A stretch of DNA of 64,000 nt, taken from NCBI GenBank assembly GCA_965218595.1, contig CBDCLC010000005.1, forward strand, positions 41,368-105,367. Reading direction: 5' to 3'. The notes under the pieces are model-generated. The model was not told the origin of the DNA and did no database searches. It worked only from the letters and a program-made list of their open reading frames with translations. The first letter of the stretch is position 1. Each line of letters begins with the position of its first letter. Below, one piece after another: positions 40,674 to 51,242 of this stretch. The translations under genes and the position numbers were made by a program. The stretch comes from Acidobacteriaceae bacterium (lineage in GTDB: Bacteria > Acidobacteriota > Terriglobia > Terriglobales > Acidobacteriaceae).

Positions 40674-42032
40674 TTAGGGCTGAGCCGCGGCTGCCGGCTG
40701 GCGCGCCTCTGCCGCAGCGGCCGGGCTGTGTGGCGAAGCGATGTTCTGCGCGGAGGGCCAGTACCCCGGCTTGGCGATCACCGTCAGGTTGGGCCGCAGC
40801 ACCCGCACATCCAGCGAGCGGTACTTGCCGTCGATAAACGGCTGGTGGGTGTAGTAGCCGATGGTGTACTTGGTGCGGACCTGCTCGGTCAGCCGCGCAA
40901 AGCTGGTCTCGATGCCCTTGGTGCGAAGCTCAGGATCAACCTGCCCGCCGGTGGCCGCCGCGTACAGGGGAAGGATGTTGTCGCGCATCTCGAGCGGGAC
41001 ATGCAGCCGATCCACAAATCCCAGACCGGGGATATGCGGCACGCCATGTACCAGCGTCGCGTAGACGGCGATATTGTTGGTCTGGAGGTACCGGACCACT
41101 TCCTTGAAGGAGACCTTGCTGCCATACTCCTTGCCGTCGCTGATGACGTAGACCACCCGGCGGCGTCCCTTGCCGGTCCTGGTGGTCGCCTTGGCCGCCT
41201 CGAAGATGGCGTCGTTCAGGGTGTGGGTCTCGCGAGGCACGTTGGTGGTCGTGCTCATGCTGGTGCCGTGGTGCTGGTTGGTGTTGGGGTCGATGTAGGC
41301 GTTGGCGCCGTTGTTGACGTTGATGTTCTGCTGCAGCGCCTCGCCGGGAGCGTAGTAGATGGCCTCGCGACCGGAGCCCTTCGAGCGTTCCAGCACGGCC
41401 GCCAGGCGTGGGCTCTGCGCGGCGGTAAAGTCGGTCTGCATCCGCGGACCGTTGTTGTAGGTAAAGACCGCGACCTCGTCATAGGGGGAAAACGCACCCT
41501 GCAGAGCGTCGAGCGCATTGTTGATCTTGGCCATGGTGTCCGGCGTCACGCTCTGGTCGATCACGAGAGCAACCGAGAGCGGAAACGGATCGGTGGTGAT
41601 CACGCTGATGTGCTGCCGGACATTGTTCTCATAGACCCGGAAATCGCGCCACGTCAGCCCCGGAACCAGGTTGCCCTTGGAGTCCTTGACGGTAAACGGC
41701 ACATCGACGAAGTTGACGGTGACTGCGGCCAACGTAAACGCTTTGGCGCCCTGACCCTGGGCCGGAAGCTCGGGCGCGGTTCCATCATCCGGGTGCGTCT
41801 CGGGGGTGGAGGAAGGCAGGCTGCTCGGCGGCACCACCTGTCCCGGAGGGATCGACGGCAGACCCGTCGGCGTCACGTCGGCGGGGGGAGCACCGCTTTC
41901 CCCGGGATTGACGCTGTTCAGCGCAGGGATGTTGGCCTGCGGGTGCGGCGCATCCGGAATCGGCTGCGACGTCTGCTGCGCAAACCCTGTCTGCATCCAC
42001 CCTGCCATCAGCGCGGCGAGCGCACCCGCCAT
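40674..42032 (-). CDS. Secreted VWA domain protein, Acidobacterial type
   Basis: VNFVDVPFTVKD..G..V.GL...DF.VYEN, ALVIDQS, ISDGKE, YTIGYY; Pro-rich N-terminal linker; start uncertain. Confidence 0.87.
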   Translation of the reverse strand: MAGALAALMAGWMQTGFAQQTSQPIPDAPHPQANIPALNSVNPGESGAPPADVTPTGLPSIPPGQVVPPSSLPSSTPETHPDDGTAPELPAQGQGAKAFTLAAVTVNFVDVPFTVKDSKGNLVPGLTWRDFRVYENNVRQHISVITTDPFPLSVALVIDQSVTPDTMAKINNALDALQGAFSPYDEVAVFTYNNGPRMQTDFTAAQSPRLAAVLERSKGSGREAIYYAPGEALQQNINVNNGANAYIDPNTNQHHGTSMSTTTNVPRETHTLNDAIFEAAKATTRTGKGRRRVVYVISDGKEYGSKVSFKEVVRYLQTNNIAVYATLVHGVPHIPGLGFVDRLHVPLEMRDNILPLYAAATGGQVDPELRTKGIETSFARLTEQVRTKYTIGYYTHQPFIDGKYRSLDVRVLRPNLTVIAKPGYWPSAQNIASPHSPAAAAEARQPAAAAQP

Positions 42033-42314
42033 GACCCTTTGCCTTGCCACGAGAAACTCCTCCGTCCAGCCATCCCCGGCTCGGCCAGGAACCTGCCGGT
42101 CCTGCAAAGGCTCTGCCAGGATCTCTGCCCGAGTCTGAGAATCTGAGATTCTGACAGAGCCGCCGGAAAGACCTAGCTTACCAGCCCGACCCGGCCGCAG
42201 GCATCGCCTGCCTTCGGGGAGGGCTCCCATTGGACGCATCCGGTTGCCTCCTCGTTGCTGACGGCTGCCGTCGCGCCCTGCTGACTCCGGACCACTCTCC
42301 ACCGTCTAAACGCC

Positions 42315-43337
42315 ATGCGCCCGCTCCGCCTCGCCGCCTTTGCCGCTCTGCTCGCCTCAGCTCCGCTCGTCCGTGCGCAGGAGGCACCCTCCCCCGGCGG
42401 TCCGCCCCCGGCCAGCGACGCCCCCGCGCAACCCGTGGAGACCGACAACACCCAAACGCTCAAGGTCAACGTCAACCTGGTGAACGTTCTCTTCTCGGTG
42501 CGCGACAAGAACGGCTATATCACCAACCTGCACAAGGACGACTGCCAGATCTACGAAGACAAAGAGCTCCAGACGATCAAGAACTTCACCCAGGAAAAGA
42601 AGCTGCCGTTGACCATTGGCATTCTGCTCGACACCAGCGGTTCGCAGACCAACGTCCTTCCGCTGGAGCAGCAGGCCGGGGCCGAGTTTCTGAAGGATGT
42701 GCTGACGCCCAAGGACGAGGCCTTTCTGATCTCCTTCGACATCAACGTCGATCTTCTGGCCGACTACACCAACTCGCCCTCGCAGCTGCGCCGAGCGATG
42801 GACAAGGCCTCGATCAACACCGGCGCGGGCACCGGCTCGGTCACCGGCAACGGGACTCCCCGCGGAACCCTGCTGTACGACGCCGTGTTCCTGGCCGCGC
42901 ACGACAAGCTGCGCCAGGAGGCCGGCCGCAAGGTGCTGATTCTGCTGACCGACGGCGGTGACCAGGGATCGCAGGAGACGCTTCGGTCGGCAACGGAGGC
43001 CGCGCAAAAAGCCAATGCGCTGATCTACGTCATCCTGATCGCGGACCGGGGCGGCTTCGGTGGCTACCAGCTGGGCTTCTCGGGCGCGGGCGCCATGGAG
43101 AAGCTGGCGAAGGATACCGGCGGTCGCGTGATCGACGTGGGCAACAATGGCCGCAAGCTGCAGGAGGCCTTTGACCAGATCCAGGATGAGCTGCGAACCC
43201 AGTACCTGGCCAGCTACACGCCCACCAACCTGAAGCTCGACGGCGGCTTCCGCACCCTGGACATCACCTGCAAGGGGTACAAGGTGCAGACCCGCAAGGG
43301 CTACTACGCCATGGCGGACTCGAGCGGCAACGAGTAG
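42315..43337 (+). CDS. Secreted VWA domain protein, Acidobacterial type
   Basis: VNVNLVNVLFSVRD, LLDTSGS (MIDAS), GTLLYDAV, LLTDGGD, ELRTQY..SY.P. Confidence 0.9.
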   Translation: MRPLRLAAFAALLASAPLVRAQEAPSPGGPPPASDAPAQPVETDNTQTLKVNVNLVNVLFSVRDKNGYITNLHKDDCQIYEDKELQTIKNFTQEKKLPLTIGILLDTSGSQTNVLPLEQQAGAEFLKDVLTPKDEAFLISFDINVDLLADYTNSPSQLRRAMDKASINTGAGTGSVTGNGTPRGTLLYDAVFLAAHDKLRQEAGRKVLILLTDGGDQGSQETLRSATEAAQKANALIYVILIADRGGFGGYQLGFSGAGAMEKLAKDTGGRVIDVGNNGRKLQEAFDQIQDELRTQYLASYTPTNLKLDGGFRTLDITCKGYKVQTRKGYYAMADSSGNE

Positions 43338-43338
43338 A

Positions 43339-44085
43339 TCAATCGACCGAACCGCCGTCCCGTTCGACGGAGACGATCTCACCATCGCGCATATGGAGGA
43401 TGCGATCGGCGATGGCGGCGGCCTCAGGATTGTGGGTGATCATCAGAACCGTCTGCCGGAGCTCGCGGGAGGACGACCGCAGCATGGCGAGCACGGCATC
43501 GGAGTTTTTGGTATCAAGATTGCCCGTGGGCTCGTCGGCGAGCACGATTGCCGGCCGGGTAACCAGGGCCCGGGCGATGGCGACCCGCTGCTGTTCGCCG
43601 CCCGAAAGCTCGTTGGGACGGTGGCCGAGACGGCCGGTAAGACCCAGCAGATCGGTGAGGTGGTTGAGCAGCTGCCGGTCGAGCGGCCCCGATCGACCGG
43701 AGATCCCGTGCGCCAGCTCGATGTTTCCGAGCGCTGAAAGCGTGGGCAGCAGGTTGAAGCGCTGAAACACAAAGCCGATGCGGGCGCGCCGCAGCTGCGT
43801 CCGAGCCGCGTCCGAGAGCGGCGCCAGGTCCACTCCGTCGATTACGACCGAACCCGAAGTCGCCTGGGTCAGGCCGCCGAGCAGGTGAAACAGCGTCGAT
43901 TTGCCTGATCCGGAGGGACCGACGACCGCGACAAACTCACCGGGGCTGACCGAAAAGGAGACCCCGCGGAGAGCGGGAACCGCCAGCTTGCCGGAGCGAT
44001 AGGTCTTGCTGAGATCCCGGGCGACGATGATGGGAGCGGGTCCGGTGCCCGGGGGGTGCGGATCGAGACGGGAAGAGGCGTTCAT
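43339..44085 (-). CDS. ABC transporter ATP-binding protein (LolD/MacB-like)
   Basis: [37 protein letters not shown]. Confidence 0.93.
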   Translation of the reverse strand: MNASSRLDPHPPGTGPAPIIVARDLSKTYRSGKLAVPALRGVSFSVSPGEFVAVVGPSGSGKSTLFHLLGGLTQATSGSVVIDGVDLAPLSDAARTQLRRARIGFVFQRFNLLPTLSALGNIELAHGISGRSGPLDRQLLNHLTDLLGLTGRLGHRPNELSGGEQQRVAIARALVTRPAIVLADEPTGNLDTKNSDAVLAMLRSSSRELRQTVLMITHNPEAAAIADRILHMRDGEIVSVERDGGSVD

Positions 44086-44273
44086 GGCAAAGCTCAGTGT
44101 AGCGGAGCAGCCAGGAGAACGCGCCGCGCACGCCCACCGACTCCGATCCATTTCGGGTGCTGTCGTCCGGGCCGGGTATAATCGGCTCGCCTGCCTGCGG
44201 TGACACCTGCCCAGCACGCACCCGGCCTCGGTTCCTTTGCAAATCCTCTGCTTCGGGGAGCACGCCCGTGGAC

Positions 44274-45404
44274 ATGTATACGTTGCACGTGGTCCATGCC
44301 GTCCTGCTTGGACTGCTTACCGCTGTCACGGTGGCCAACTGCCTTCTGCATCGCCGGTCGCGCGGCGTTCGCTGGTTTGCCGTGTACATCTTTTACGCGT
44401 TTCTGGGCGCACTGTTGGTGCTTCTGCGTGGCCGGCTGCCGGCGTCGCTGTCGCTGGTTGTGGGTGCCATGCTGTTTCCCCTGGCCTATGCCATGCTGTA
44501 CCGGTCGATGACGGAGTTCTTCGGCCGCGGACGGGACGGCTGGTGGCTGCAGCTCGTCCTGGCCGCGAGCTCCGTTCCCGTGCTGATCGTTTGGGGTCTG
44601 CTGGTGCCCGATACCGGACGGCGTCTCCTCTGGTTCAGCCTGATCCTCGCCTCGCAGCTGCTGGTCACGGCGGTGTACGTGTTTCGGCACGCCGGTGGCA
44701 GCGTGCGAGGCTCGGCGTGGGTGATGGGTGGCGTGCTTCTGCTGCTCGCGACCAGCAATCTGCTGCGCGCCGCCTCCGTTGGCCTGTGGGGTGCGCCCCG
44801 GGAGTACGCCCTGGGAGCGTCCAACCTGAACTGGGCCGTGCTCGTCAACTCGGTTCTGCAGGCCGGCCTGGTGATCGCCTTCGTCTGGATGACCGCGGCG
44901 GCCCTGCGTGGGGAGCTCGAGGTGCAGGCCTCGACCGATTCCCTGACCGGCCTGCTCAACCGCAGGGCCATCGAGCGCGTGGCGCTCGCGTGCCAGGCGC
45001 GCGGGTGCAGCATGTCGGCCATCCTGATCGACCTGGACGGCTTCAAGCAGATCAACGATCGCTATGGGCACCATGCGGGGGACACCGTGCTGCAGCTGGT
45101 GGCCCACTGCCTTCTGCGCGATGTGCGCGCGGAAGACCGGGTGGCGCGCATGGGCGGCGATGAGTTTGCCATCGTTCTGCCCGGCGCGGATCTCCCCACC
45201 GCCATCGCTGTCGGCGAACGCCTGCGAAGCAGTCTGGCCGACCTGGTGCTCGAGACTGGCCGGGACCCGATCCGGGTGGGCGCGAGCTTCGGAGTCGCGG
45301 AGCTGCGCCACGGAGCCGACGACTGGCGCAGCCTGATGGAAGACTGCGACCGCGCGCTCTACACGGTCAAGAGCAGGGGTGGAAACCAGGTGGTGTTTCA
45401 ATAG
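44274..45404 (+). CDS. Membrane-bound diguanylate cyclase (about 7 TM + GGDEF)
   Basis: [26 protein letters not shown], RxxD I-site (RAED) five residues before an intact GGDEF. Confidence 0.92.
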   Translation: MYTLHVVHAVLLGLLTAVTVANCLLHRRSRGVRWFAVYIFYAFLGALLVLLRGRLPASLSLVVGAMLFPLAYAMLYRSMTEFFGRGRDGWWLQLVLAASSVPVLIVWGLLVPDTGRRLLWFSLILASQLLVTAVYVFRHAGGSVRGSAWVMGGVLLLLATSNLLRAASVGLWGAPREYALGASNLNWAVLVNSVLQAGLVIAFVWMTAAALRGELEVQASTDSLTGLLNRRAIERVALACQARGCSMSAILIDLDGFKQINDRYGHHAGDTVLQLVAHCLLRDVRAEDRVARMGGDEFAIVLPGADLPTAIAVGERLRSSLADLVLETGRDPIRVGASFGVAELRHGADDWRSLMEDCDRALYTVKSRGGNQVVFQ

Positions 45405-45411
45405 ACAGGAG

Positions 45412-46014
45412 ATGAAGCTAACCGAGCTGCTGCTGTTTGGTCTGGTGGGGTGGACGGCAGTCGGCCTGGTCGGCACGACCATCTCCCGACGGAAGGGCGA
45501 TCGAAGAAAGGCGCGACATGGCCTGCTGTGGATCGCCGGCGCCTGGGGAATCTACTTCGCCGTTCTGCTGGGCGTCTCCTGGTGGCAGCCGGCGCGCGTG
45601 GTGCCCCCCTTTGGCAACCAGTGCTTCGACGAGATGTGCTTTGCCGTGGTGGGTGCGGACGAGCTGAGAAGCTTTGCGGGAGCCACGGAGCCCACGGGAA
45701 GGCTGCTTCGGGTACACGTCCGCATCCAGAACCGGGGGCACGGCCACGCCGAGAGTGAGGGTCTGATCCGCGGGTATCTGGTCGACCGGGAGGGCCGGCG
45801 GTACGATCCGGTGCGCGGCCTGAGCGGAGTTCCGCTGCGCGCCCGGGTTCCGGCGGGGGCCGAGGTGGTCAGCGAACCGGTGTTTCTGCTGCCAGGCTCC
45901 GCCGCCGACCTCCGGCTGGTGCTGACGCACGGCCGGTGGCAGCCAGGAACGCTGGTGATCGGCGACTCCGACAGCCTGCTGCACCGCCCGACGGTCGCCC
46001 GGCTGGCCCCGTAG
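45412..46014 (+). CDS. Hypothetical protein with two N-terminal TM helices and a probable Ig-like periplasmic domain
   Basis: ATG 8 nt after the GGDEF stop with AGGAG RBS; hydrophobic N-terminus, then beta-rich region with QCFDEMCF. Confidence 0.7.
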   Translation: MKLTELLLFGLVGWTAVGLVGTTISRRKGDRRKARHGLLWIAGAWGIYFAVLLGVSWWQPARVVPPFGNQCFDEMCFAVVGADELRSFAGATEPTGRLLRVHVRIQNRGHGHAESEGLIRGYLVDREGRRYDPVRGLSGVPLRARVPAGAEVVSEPVFLLPGSAADLRLVLTHGRWQPGTLVIGDSDSLLHRPTVARLAP

Positions 46015-46206
46015 CTCTCTCCGAGGAGCCCGCAAGGCGGCCCCCACAGCCTGTGGAAATCGGCCGCGCCAGCTGTGCAGAACTTTGCGGAGAGACTGTC
46101 CCAATTCCTTCAAACCTCGCATGTTTATTGAGCAAAAAATTGCTGGCGGGGTTGGGGAACTCTCCTGCTAAATTGGCAGCACTCTCTTTCAGGAGGAGTT
46201 TCCCCC

Positions 46207-48378
46207 TTGCCCCTACCGGTGCGATCCCTCTCGCTGTCTGCCATGGCTCTTTCTGTCGGTCTGGGCTCCCTTGCCGGGGCGCAGGCACGGCCGTTCCACT
46301 CCAAACCCCTGATCACCCATCGTGTGGAGAACGGCGATCGCGTTCGGCTGCATGGCAATGTGCGGCCGGAGGCGACATCGGCCAACGACCTGGGCTCCGT
46401 GAGCGACAGCATGCCGGTGCGCGGCATGCAGATTGTGCTGCGCCGCTCGGACGAGCAGCAGGCGGCCGCGGATGCGCTGATCGCGGCGCAGACCGACCCG
46501 GCCTCGCCGGTGTACCACCACTGGCTCTCAAACGCCGAGGTGGCCTTGGAGTTCGGGGCCAACCCGGAGGATGTCGCACAGGTCACCGCGTGGCTCGAAG
46601 GGCAGGGCTTCACCGTCACCGGGACCTCGCTGGCCGAGGGTGTGGTGCAGTTCGATGGAACGGCGGGTCTGGTGCGGACGGCCTTTGGCACATCGCTGCA
46701 CTCGCTTCTTGTCGACGGTCAGACGCACTTTGCCAACATCAGCAATCCCGAGCTGCCCGCGGCTCTGCTCGCGGCGGTCAAGGGAGTCGCCTCGCTGCAC
46801 AACTTCATGCCACACCCCATGCTCAAGCCGCACGCCAAGGCGGGATCGGCTCGGCCGGTGGCCAACGGCATCTCGACCAGTGGCTACGATTACCTGTCGG
46901 CGGGCGACCTGGCCAAGATCTATAACTTCAACCCCCTGTTCAAGAGCGGTGTCTCCGGAAAGGGCCAGACGATCGTCGTGGTTGAGGACACCAATCTCTA
47001 CAGCGCCAACGACTGGCAGGTCTTTCGCAAGATCTTTGGCCTGCAGCGCGCCTATCCGTTTGGATCGCTCAAGCAGGTGAACCCGGCCGGCACCAACGTC
47101 TGCAGCGACCCTGGCGCGAACGGCGACGACGGCGAAGCGGCCATCGACGTGGAGTGGGCGACGGCAGCCGCTCCCAACGCCACCATCGTCAACGCGGCCT
47201 GCGACGACACGGTGCAGTTTGGCGGCTTCCTGGCGCTCTCCAACCTTCTGCAGATGCCCGATCCGCCAAAGATTGTCAGCATCAGCTACGGTGAGAGCGA
47301 GTCCTACCTGGGCGAGACCGAGAACGTCTACATCAAGAATCTCTACCAGACGGCAGCTCTCGAGGGCGTCAGCCTGTTTGTGTCGTCCGGCGATGAGGGC
47401 GCGGTCTCTTCCGATGCCAACCGGACCAACGCCATCCACGGCATCACGGTCAGCGGCTTCATGTCGACTCCGTACAACGTTTCGGTGGGCGGTACTGACT
47501 TCGGCTACGTTCCCCTGAAGACGCCCGGGACCTACTTCAGCGACACCAACTCTCCCTTCTTTGTCACCGCGCAGAGCTACATCTCGGAGATTCCGTGGAA
47601 TGACTCCTGTGCGGGCGGCATCCTCAGCAGGTACGTCGGCACACCGGTCACCGGTCCGAACAGCTTCTGCAACACGTACAGCTCGCTGCACCTGACCGCG
47701 AGCGGAAGCGGAGGCCCCAGCGGATGCGCGACCGGCGCGGCCACCATCCGCGGCGTGGTCAGCGGCACCTGCCAGGGCTACGCCAAACCGAGCTGGCAGA
47801 AGGGCGTCTTCGGCAACCCCGGTGACAACGTTCGCGATACCCCCGACGTTTCGCTGATGGCTTCGAACGGCTTCTGGGGCAGCTACTACGCGGTGTGCTG
47901 GACCGACACCGCCAACGGCGGCGGCACCTGCGGGCCAGACCCCGGAACGTGGGACGGATTTGGCGGAACGTCGGTTTCGAGCCCCATCTGGGCCGGCATC
48001 CAGGCGCTGATCAACCAGAAGACCGGCACCGCCTGGGGTAACCCCAACCCGGTGCTCTACTCGCTTGGCAACGGGCAGTACGGCACCACGGGCAAGCCCA
48101 GCTGCAACTCCTCGCTCGGCAACAAGGTGGGCGCGGACTGCGTCTTTCAGGACGTCACCGAGGGCGACATCGCGGTGAACTGCACCGGAACCCACAACTG
48201 CTACAACAGCGGCGGAGCCTACGGTGTGGTGTCGACCAGTAACACCTCCTACCAGCCGGCCTACCCGGCCACCAGCGGGTGGGACTTCGCCACCGGCCTG
48301 GGAACGGCCAACGCAGCGAACGTGGTGAAGGGCTTCACCGGCTACGCCACCGCCGACCACAGATCACCAACGCAGTAA
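46207..48378 (+). CDS. S53 (sedolisin/kumamolisin) family serine protease with activation propeptide
   Basis: Signal peptide; prodomain ...YHHWLS.AE....FG; catalytic EAAIDVEW, SSGDEG, GGTSVSSP; C-terminal GWDFATGLGT; GGAGGAG RBS. Confidence 0.93.
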   Translation: MPLPVRSLSLSAMALSVGLGSLAGAQARPFHSKPLITHRVENGDRVRLHGNVRPEATSANDLGSVSDSMPVRGMQIVLRRSDEQQAAADALIAAQTDPASPVYHHWLSNAEVALEFGANPEDVAQVTAWLEGQGFTVTGTSLAEGVVQFDGTAGLVRTAFGTSLHSLLVDGQTHFANISNPELPAALLAAVKGVASLHNFMPHPMLKPHAKAGSARPVANGISTSGYDYLSAGDLAKIYNFNPLFKSGVSGKGQTIVVVEDTNLYSANDWQVFRKIFGLQRAYPFGSLKQVNPAGTNVCSDPGANGDDGEAAIDVEWATAAAPNATIVNAACDDTVQFGGFLALSNLLQMPDPPKIVSISYGESESYLGETENVYIKNLYQTAALEGVSLFVSSGDEGAVSSDANRTNAIHGITVSGFMSTPYNVSVGGTDFGYVPLKTPGTYFSDTNSPFFVTAQSYISEIPWNDSCAGGILSRYVGTPVTGPNSFCNTYSSLHLTASGSGGPSGCATGAATIRGVVSGTCQGYAKPSWQKGVFGNPGDNVRDTPDVSLMASNGFWGSYYAVCWTDTANGGGTCGPDPGTWDGFGGTSVSSPIWAGIQALINQKTGTAWGNPNPVLYSLGNGQYGTTGKPSCNSSLGNKVGADCVFQDVTEGDIAVNCTGTHNCYNSGGAYGVVSTSNTSYQPAYPATSGWDFATGLGTANAANVVKGFTGYATADHRSPTQ

Positions 48379-48418
48379 ACGCAGGGCAGAACAATGACAC
48401 GTCAAGGAGAAAAGAACG

Positions 48419-49030
48419 ATGCGCAAGTGGATTGCAGGATTTGCCACAGGTCTGGTGTTGGCTGTCGCGGGTGCGGGGACGGCTCACGCCTTTCCCGAGC
48501 TCGTCAAGAACGGTGGCTTTGAGACAGGCGACCTGACCGGATGGACGGTCTCCGGCTTCAACTCGGCGCCGGCCTACGCCGGCACCTTTTATGGAGTGAC
48601 GGGAACCGATCCGGCACTGGGGGATTACCCCTACCAGGGCAGCTATGAGGCGTTCTTCGGGGCCAACGGCGGCGACACCATCCTGTCGCAGACCCTGGCC
48701 ACGGTGGCGGGCCAGAGCTACGTTCTGAGCTTCGCCTTCCGCAACGACCTGCAGCCGGATGGCACCTACAAGACCGACTTCAGCGCAAAGGCCGGCTCAT
48801 CCACCGTGTTCCGCTTCGGCACGCTGGACTCCGGACCCTACATGACGGAGCTCGGCTCCTTCCAGGCGACGGGCAGCTCGACCGTTCTGCAGTTTGCCGC
48901 AATGAACCCGGGCGGTGCCTTTGATCTGGATGCGGTCAGTGTCACGACCACCCCCGAACCGGGCACACTTCTGCTGCTGGGTACGGGTGCCCTTGGACTT
49001 GTGGAGTCGGTGCGCCGCCGCCTCGTCTAG
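48419..49030 (+). CDS. PEP-CTERM sorting domain protein with a carbohydrate-binding-like beta-sandwich
   Basis: Signal peptide, NGGFETGDLTGWT, C-terminal TPEPGTLLLLGTGALGL-VRRR. Confidence 0.92.
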   Translation: MRKWIAGFATGLVLAVAGAGTAHAFPELVKNGGFETGDLTGWTVSGFNSAPAYAGTFYGVTGTDPALGDYPYQGSYEAFFGANGGDTILSQTLATVAGQSYVLSFAFRNDLQPDGTYKTDFSAKAGSSTVFRFGTLDSGPYMTELGSFQATGSSTVLQFAAMNPGGAFDLDAVSVTTTPEPGTLLLLGTGALGLVESVRRRLV

Positions 49031-49052
49031 GGAAAGGACTCTGCTGCTCTCG

Positions 49053-49091
49053 ACACACCGGCCGCCCTCGTACATAGGGGCGGCCGGTGTG
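49053..49091 (+). terminator. Hairpin after the PEP-CTERM gene
   Basis: CACACCGGCCGCCC...GGGCGGCCGGTGTG long stem. Confidence 0.55.
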
Positions 49092-49256
49092 CGTGGGGCG
49101 GGCAGGCGGCCTGGCGGTGCTCCCCCCGAGTCTGAACGTTGAGGGACCGGGGGCCTTCTCTCCGGAGCCACCGTGTGTGCGCGCTTCCGCATTGCCTTGC
49201 GCTTCTGCATCGGTTGGGGCTGCCCGTCATCCAACGCACAGGAGTTTGTGCCCCGA

Positions 49257-49955
49257 ATGATGCCGCCCCGTTTGCCCCGTGCCCTTCCCCTCGCCGTTTG
49301 CGCTCTGCTGCTGGCGGGGGTGCCCGCCCTGTCTGCCGCGACCTCGCCCGCCCCCGCTCCACAGGCTCAGCAGCAGGCTGGCCGCCCGACCAGCACGCCC
49401 TACCGCGGCGATCTTTCCATCTTTGAGGAGCCCGGCCGGGACCAGAAGCTGCAGATCAACCGCGTCATGGACATCCTGGGTATCCAGCGGAACACCGTGG
49501 TCGCCGATATCGGTGCCGGCTCCGGCTGGTTCACCGTCCGCGCGGCGCGCCGCGTTGGCTCGGGCGGCCGCGTCTTTGCCGAGGACATCAATCCCGACGC
49601 CATCGAGCACATTGCCGATCGCGCGAAGAAGGAGAAGCTCGACAACGTCCGCGTGATTCTGGGAACGGCAAACGACCCCAAACTGCCGCAGGAGAGCACC
49701 AGCGCCGTTCTGCTGATGAAGGTCTACCACGAGATCGCCAATCCGGTTCCGTTCATGCGCAACCTGCGCAAGGGCATTCACAATCAGGCGCGCGTCGGCA
49801 TCATCGACCGCAGCGGCAACGGAAGCGATCACGGCGTCAACCGGGATGTCGTCGAGCACGAGATGGACGAGGCCGGCTTCCGCGAGGTCGGGCACTACGA
49901 CTTCACCAAGGCCGACGGGCAGGACTACTTCCTTGTATTTGAGCCGAAGCAGTAA
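49257..49955 (+). CDS. Exported class I SAM-dependent methyltransferase-like protein
   Basis: Signal-like N-terminus; VADIGAGSGWFT, VFAEDIN, VYHEI. Confidence 0.88.
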   Translation: MMPPRLPRALPLAVCALLLAGVPALSAATSPAPAPQAQQQAGRPTSTPYRGDLSIFEEPGRDQKLQINRVMDILGIQRNTVVADIGAGSGWFTVRAARRVGSGGRVFAEDINPDAIEHIADRAKKEKLDNVRVILGTANDPKLPQESTSAVLLMKVYHEIANPVPFMRNLRKGIHNQARVGIIDRSGNGSDHGVNRDVVEHEMDEAGFREVGHYDFTKADGQDYFLVFEPKQ

Positions 49956-49991
49956 ACGGGCCGGCTCGCCTGCCGGAGGCCCTTCGGAAGG

Positions 49992-51200
49992 TCAGGCCTG
50001 TTGCCCCGCCGCCCGTTCCCTGGCATCGCCCAACGTGACCTTGACGTCCATCCGGCGTTGCCCGCGATAGATGGTCAGGGTGACGGTCTCGCCCGCGCGA
50101 TGGGCGTTCATGGCGGCGGAAAGGTCCTGCGGTGTGGCGATCTCCTGCCCGTCGAGCGAGACGATCAGGTCGCCACCAAGCATCACGGGAACGTTGCCCA
50201 GGTAGGCGCGTTCGGTGCCTCCGCGCAGCCCGGCCCGGTCCGCGGCCCCGCCGGGCAGCACCCGCTGGATGAGGATGCCGGCGTCGGCCGGCATGCCGAT
50301 CTGCTGCGCCATGTCCGGGCTCACCGGCAGCGTCACCACGTCGAGTGACGGCCGACGCACGCGGCCGTACTGCGCGTAGTCCGCCAGCACCGCCTTGGCC
50401 GTGTTGATAGGGATCGCAAATCCGATGCCGGAGCTCTGATCGGCGCCGTTATTGGCGATCAGGGTGTTGATGCCGATGACCTCGCCGCGTGAGTTCAGCA
50501 GCGGTCCGCCGGAGTTGCCGGGGTTAATGGCCGCGTCGGTCTGGATGGCGTCTTCGATCGGGTTATTCTGCGGTCCGCGAATGGACCGGATGGCGGAGAT
50601 GATGCCGCGGGTCAGCGTGCCCGAGAGGCCGAACGGATTGCCGATGGCATACACCCGCTGCCCCACCACCAGGCCGCTCGAATCGGAGAGCGTGGCGGGC
50701 ACCAGGCCCGGCGCGCTGATGCGGATCAGCGCCAGGTCGTGGTTGGCATCGACGCCGATCACCTGCGCCTTGTACTTGTGCTTATCCGAAAGCGTCACCT
50801 CGACGCGCTGCGCGTTGTCGATGACGTGGTTGTTGGTGAGGATCAGCCCCGACTTGTCCAGGATGAAGCCCGAACCCTGCCCCTGCTGCGGTACCGGACC
50901 GTAGAAGAAGTCGAACTGCACGGCGGTCGAGGTGATGTTGACGACGCTCGGCAGGGCGCGTTTGTAGACCGCGATATTTTGCTGCTCTTCGGCGTCAAAG
51001 GCCGGGGCGGCCGCTGCTTCGGTCAGGTGAAAGCTGCCCAGCGGACCGGAGAGGGTCGCGGTGGTGGTGCCCGGCGCGGCCAGCGGTGCCAGCGCACTTC
51101 GCAGCGAGGCCGGCAGCCCCGGCGCGGCGGGAAGGTGCGTGGAGACGTAGTAGAAGGCCGAAAGCAGCAGCAGAACCAACAAAATGGGGCGGAGCTTCAT
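49992..51200 (-). CDS. HtrA/DegP-like S1C serine protease with one PDZ domain
   Basis: GSGFI, LTNNHV, DLALI, TDAAINPGNSGGPL. Confidence 0.95.
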   Translation of the reverse strand: MKLRPILLVLLLLSAFYYVSTHLPAAPGLPASLRSALAPLAAPGTTTATLSGPLGSFHLTEAAAAPAFDAEEQQNIAVYKRALPSVVNITSTAVQFDFFYGPVPQQGQGSGFILDKSGLILTNNHVIDNAQRVEVTLSDKHKYKAQVIGVDANHDLALIRISAPGLVPATLSDSSGLVVGQRVYAIGNPFGLSGTLTRGIISAIRSIRGPQNNPIEDAIQTDAAINPGNSGGPLLNSRGEVIGINTLIANNGADQSSGIGFAIPINTAKAVLADYAQYGRVRRPSLDVVTLPVSPDMAQQIGMPADAGILIQRVLPGGAADRAGLRGGTERAYLGNVPVMLGGDLIVSLDGQEIATPQDLSAAMNAHRAGETVTLTIYRGQRRMDVKVTLGDARERAAGQQA

Positions 51201-51242
51201 GAGCGGGCATCCTGGCCGGAACGCGGCGCGGCGGGTTCGTCC

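Noticed and set aside
46080-46200. GGAGAGAC...CTTTCAGG upstream of the S53 gene resembling a glycine riboswitch
   Set aside because: The CCGAAG core and tandem aptamer are missing, and the gene context does not fit.
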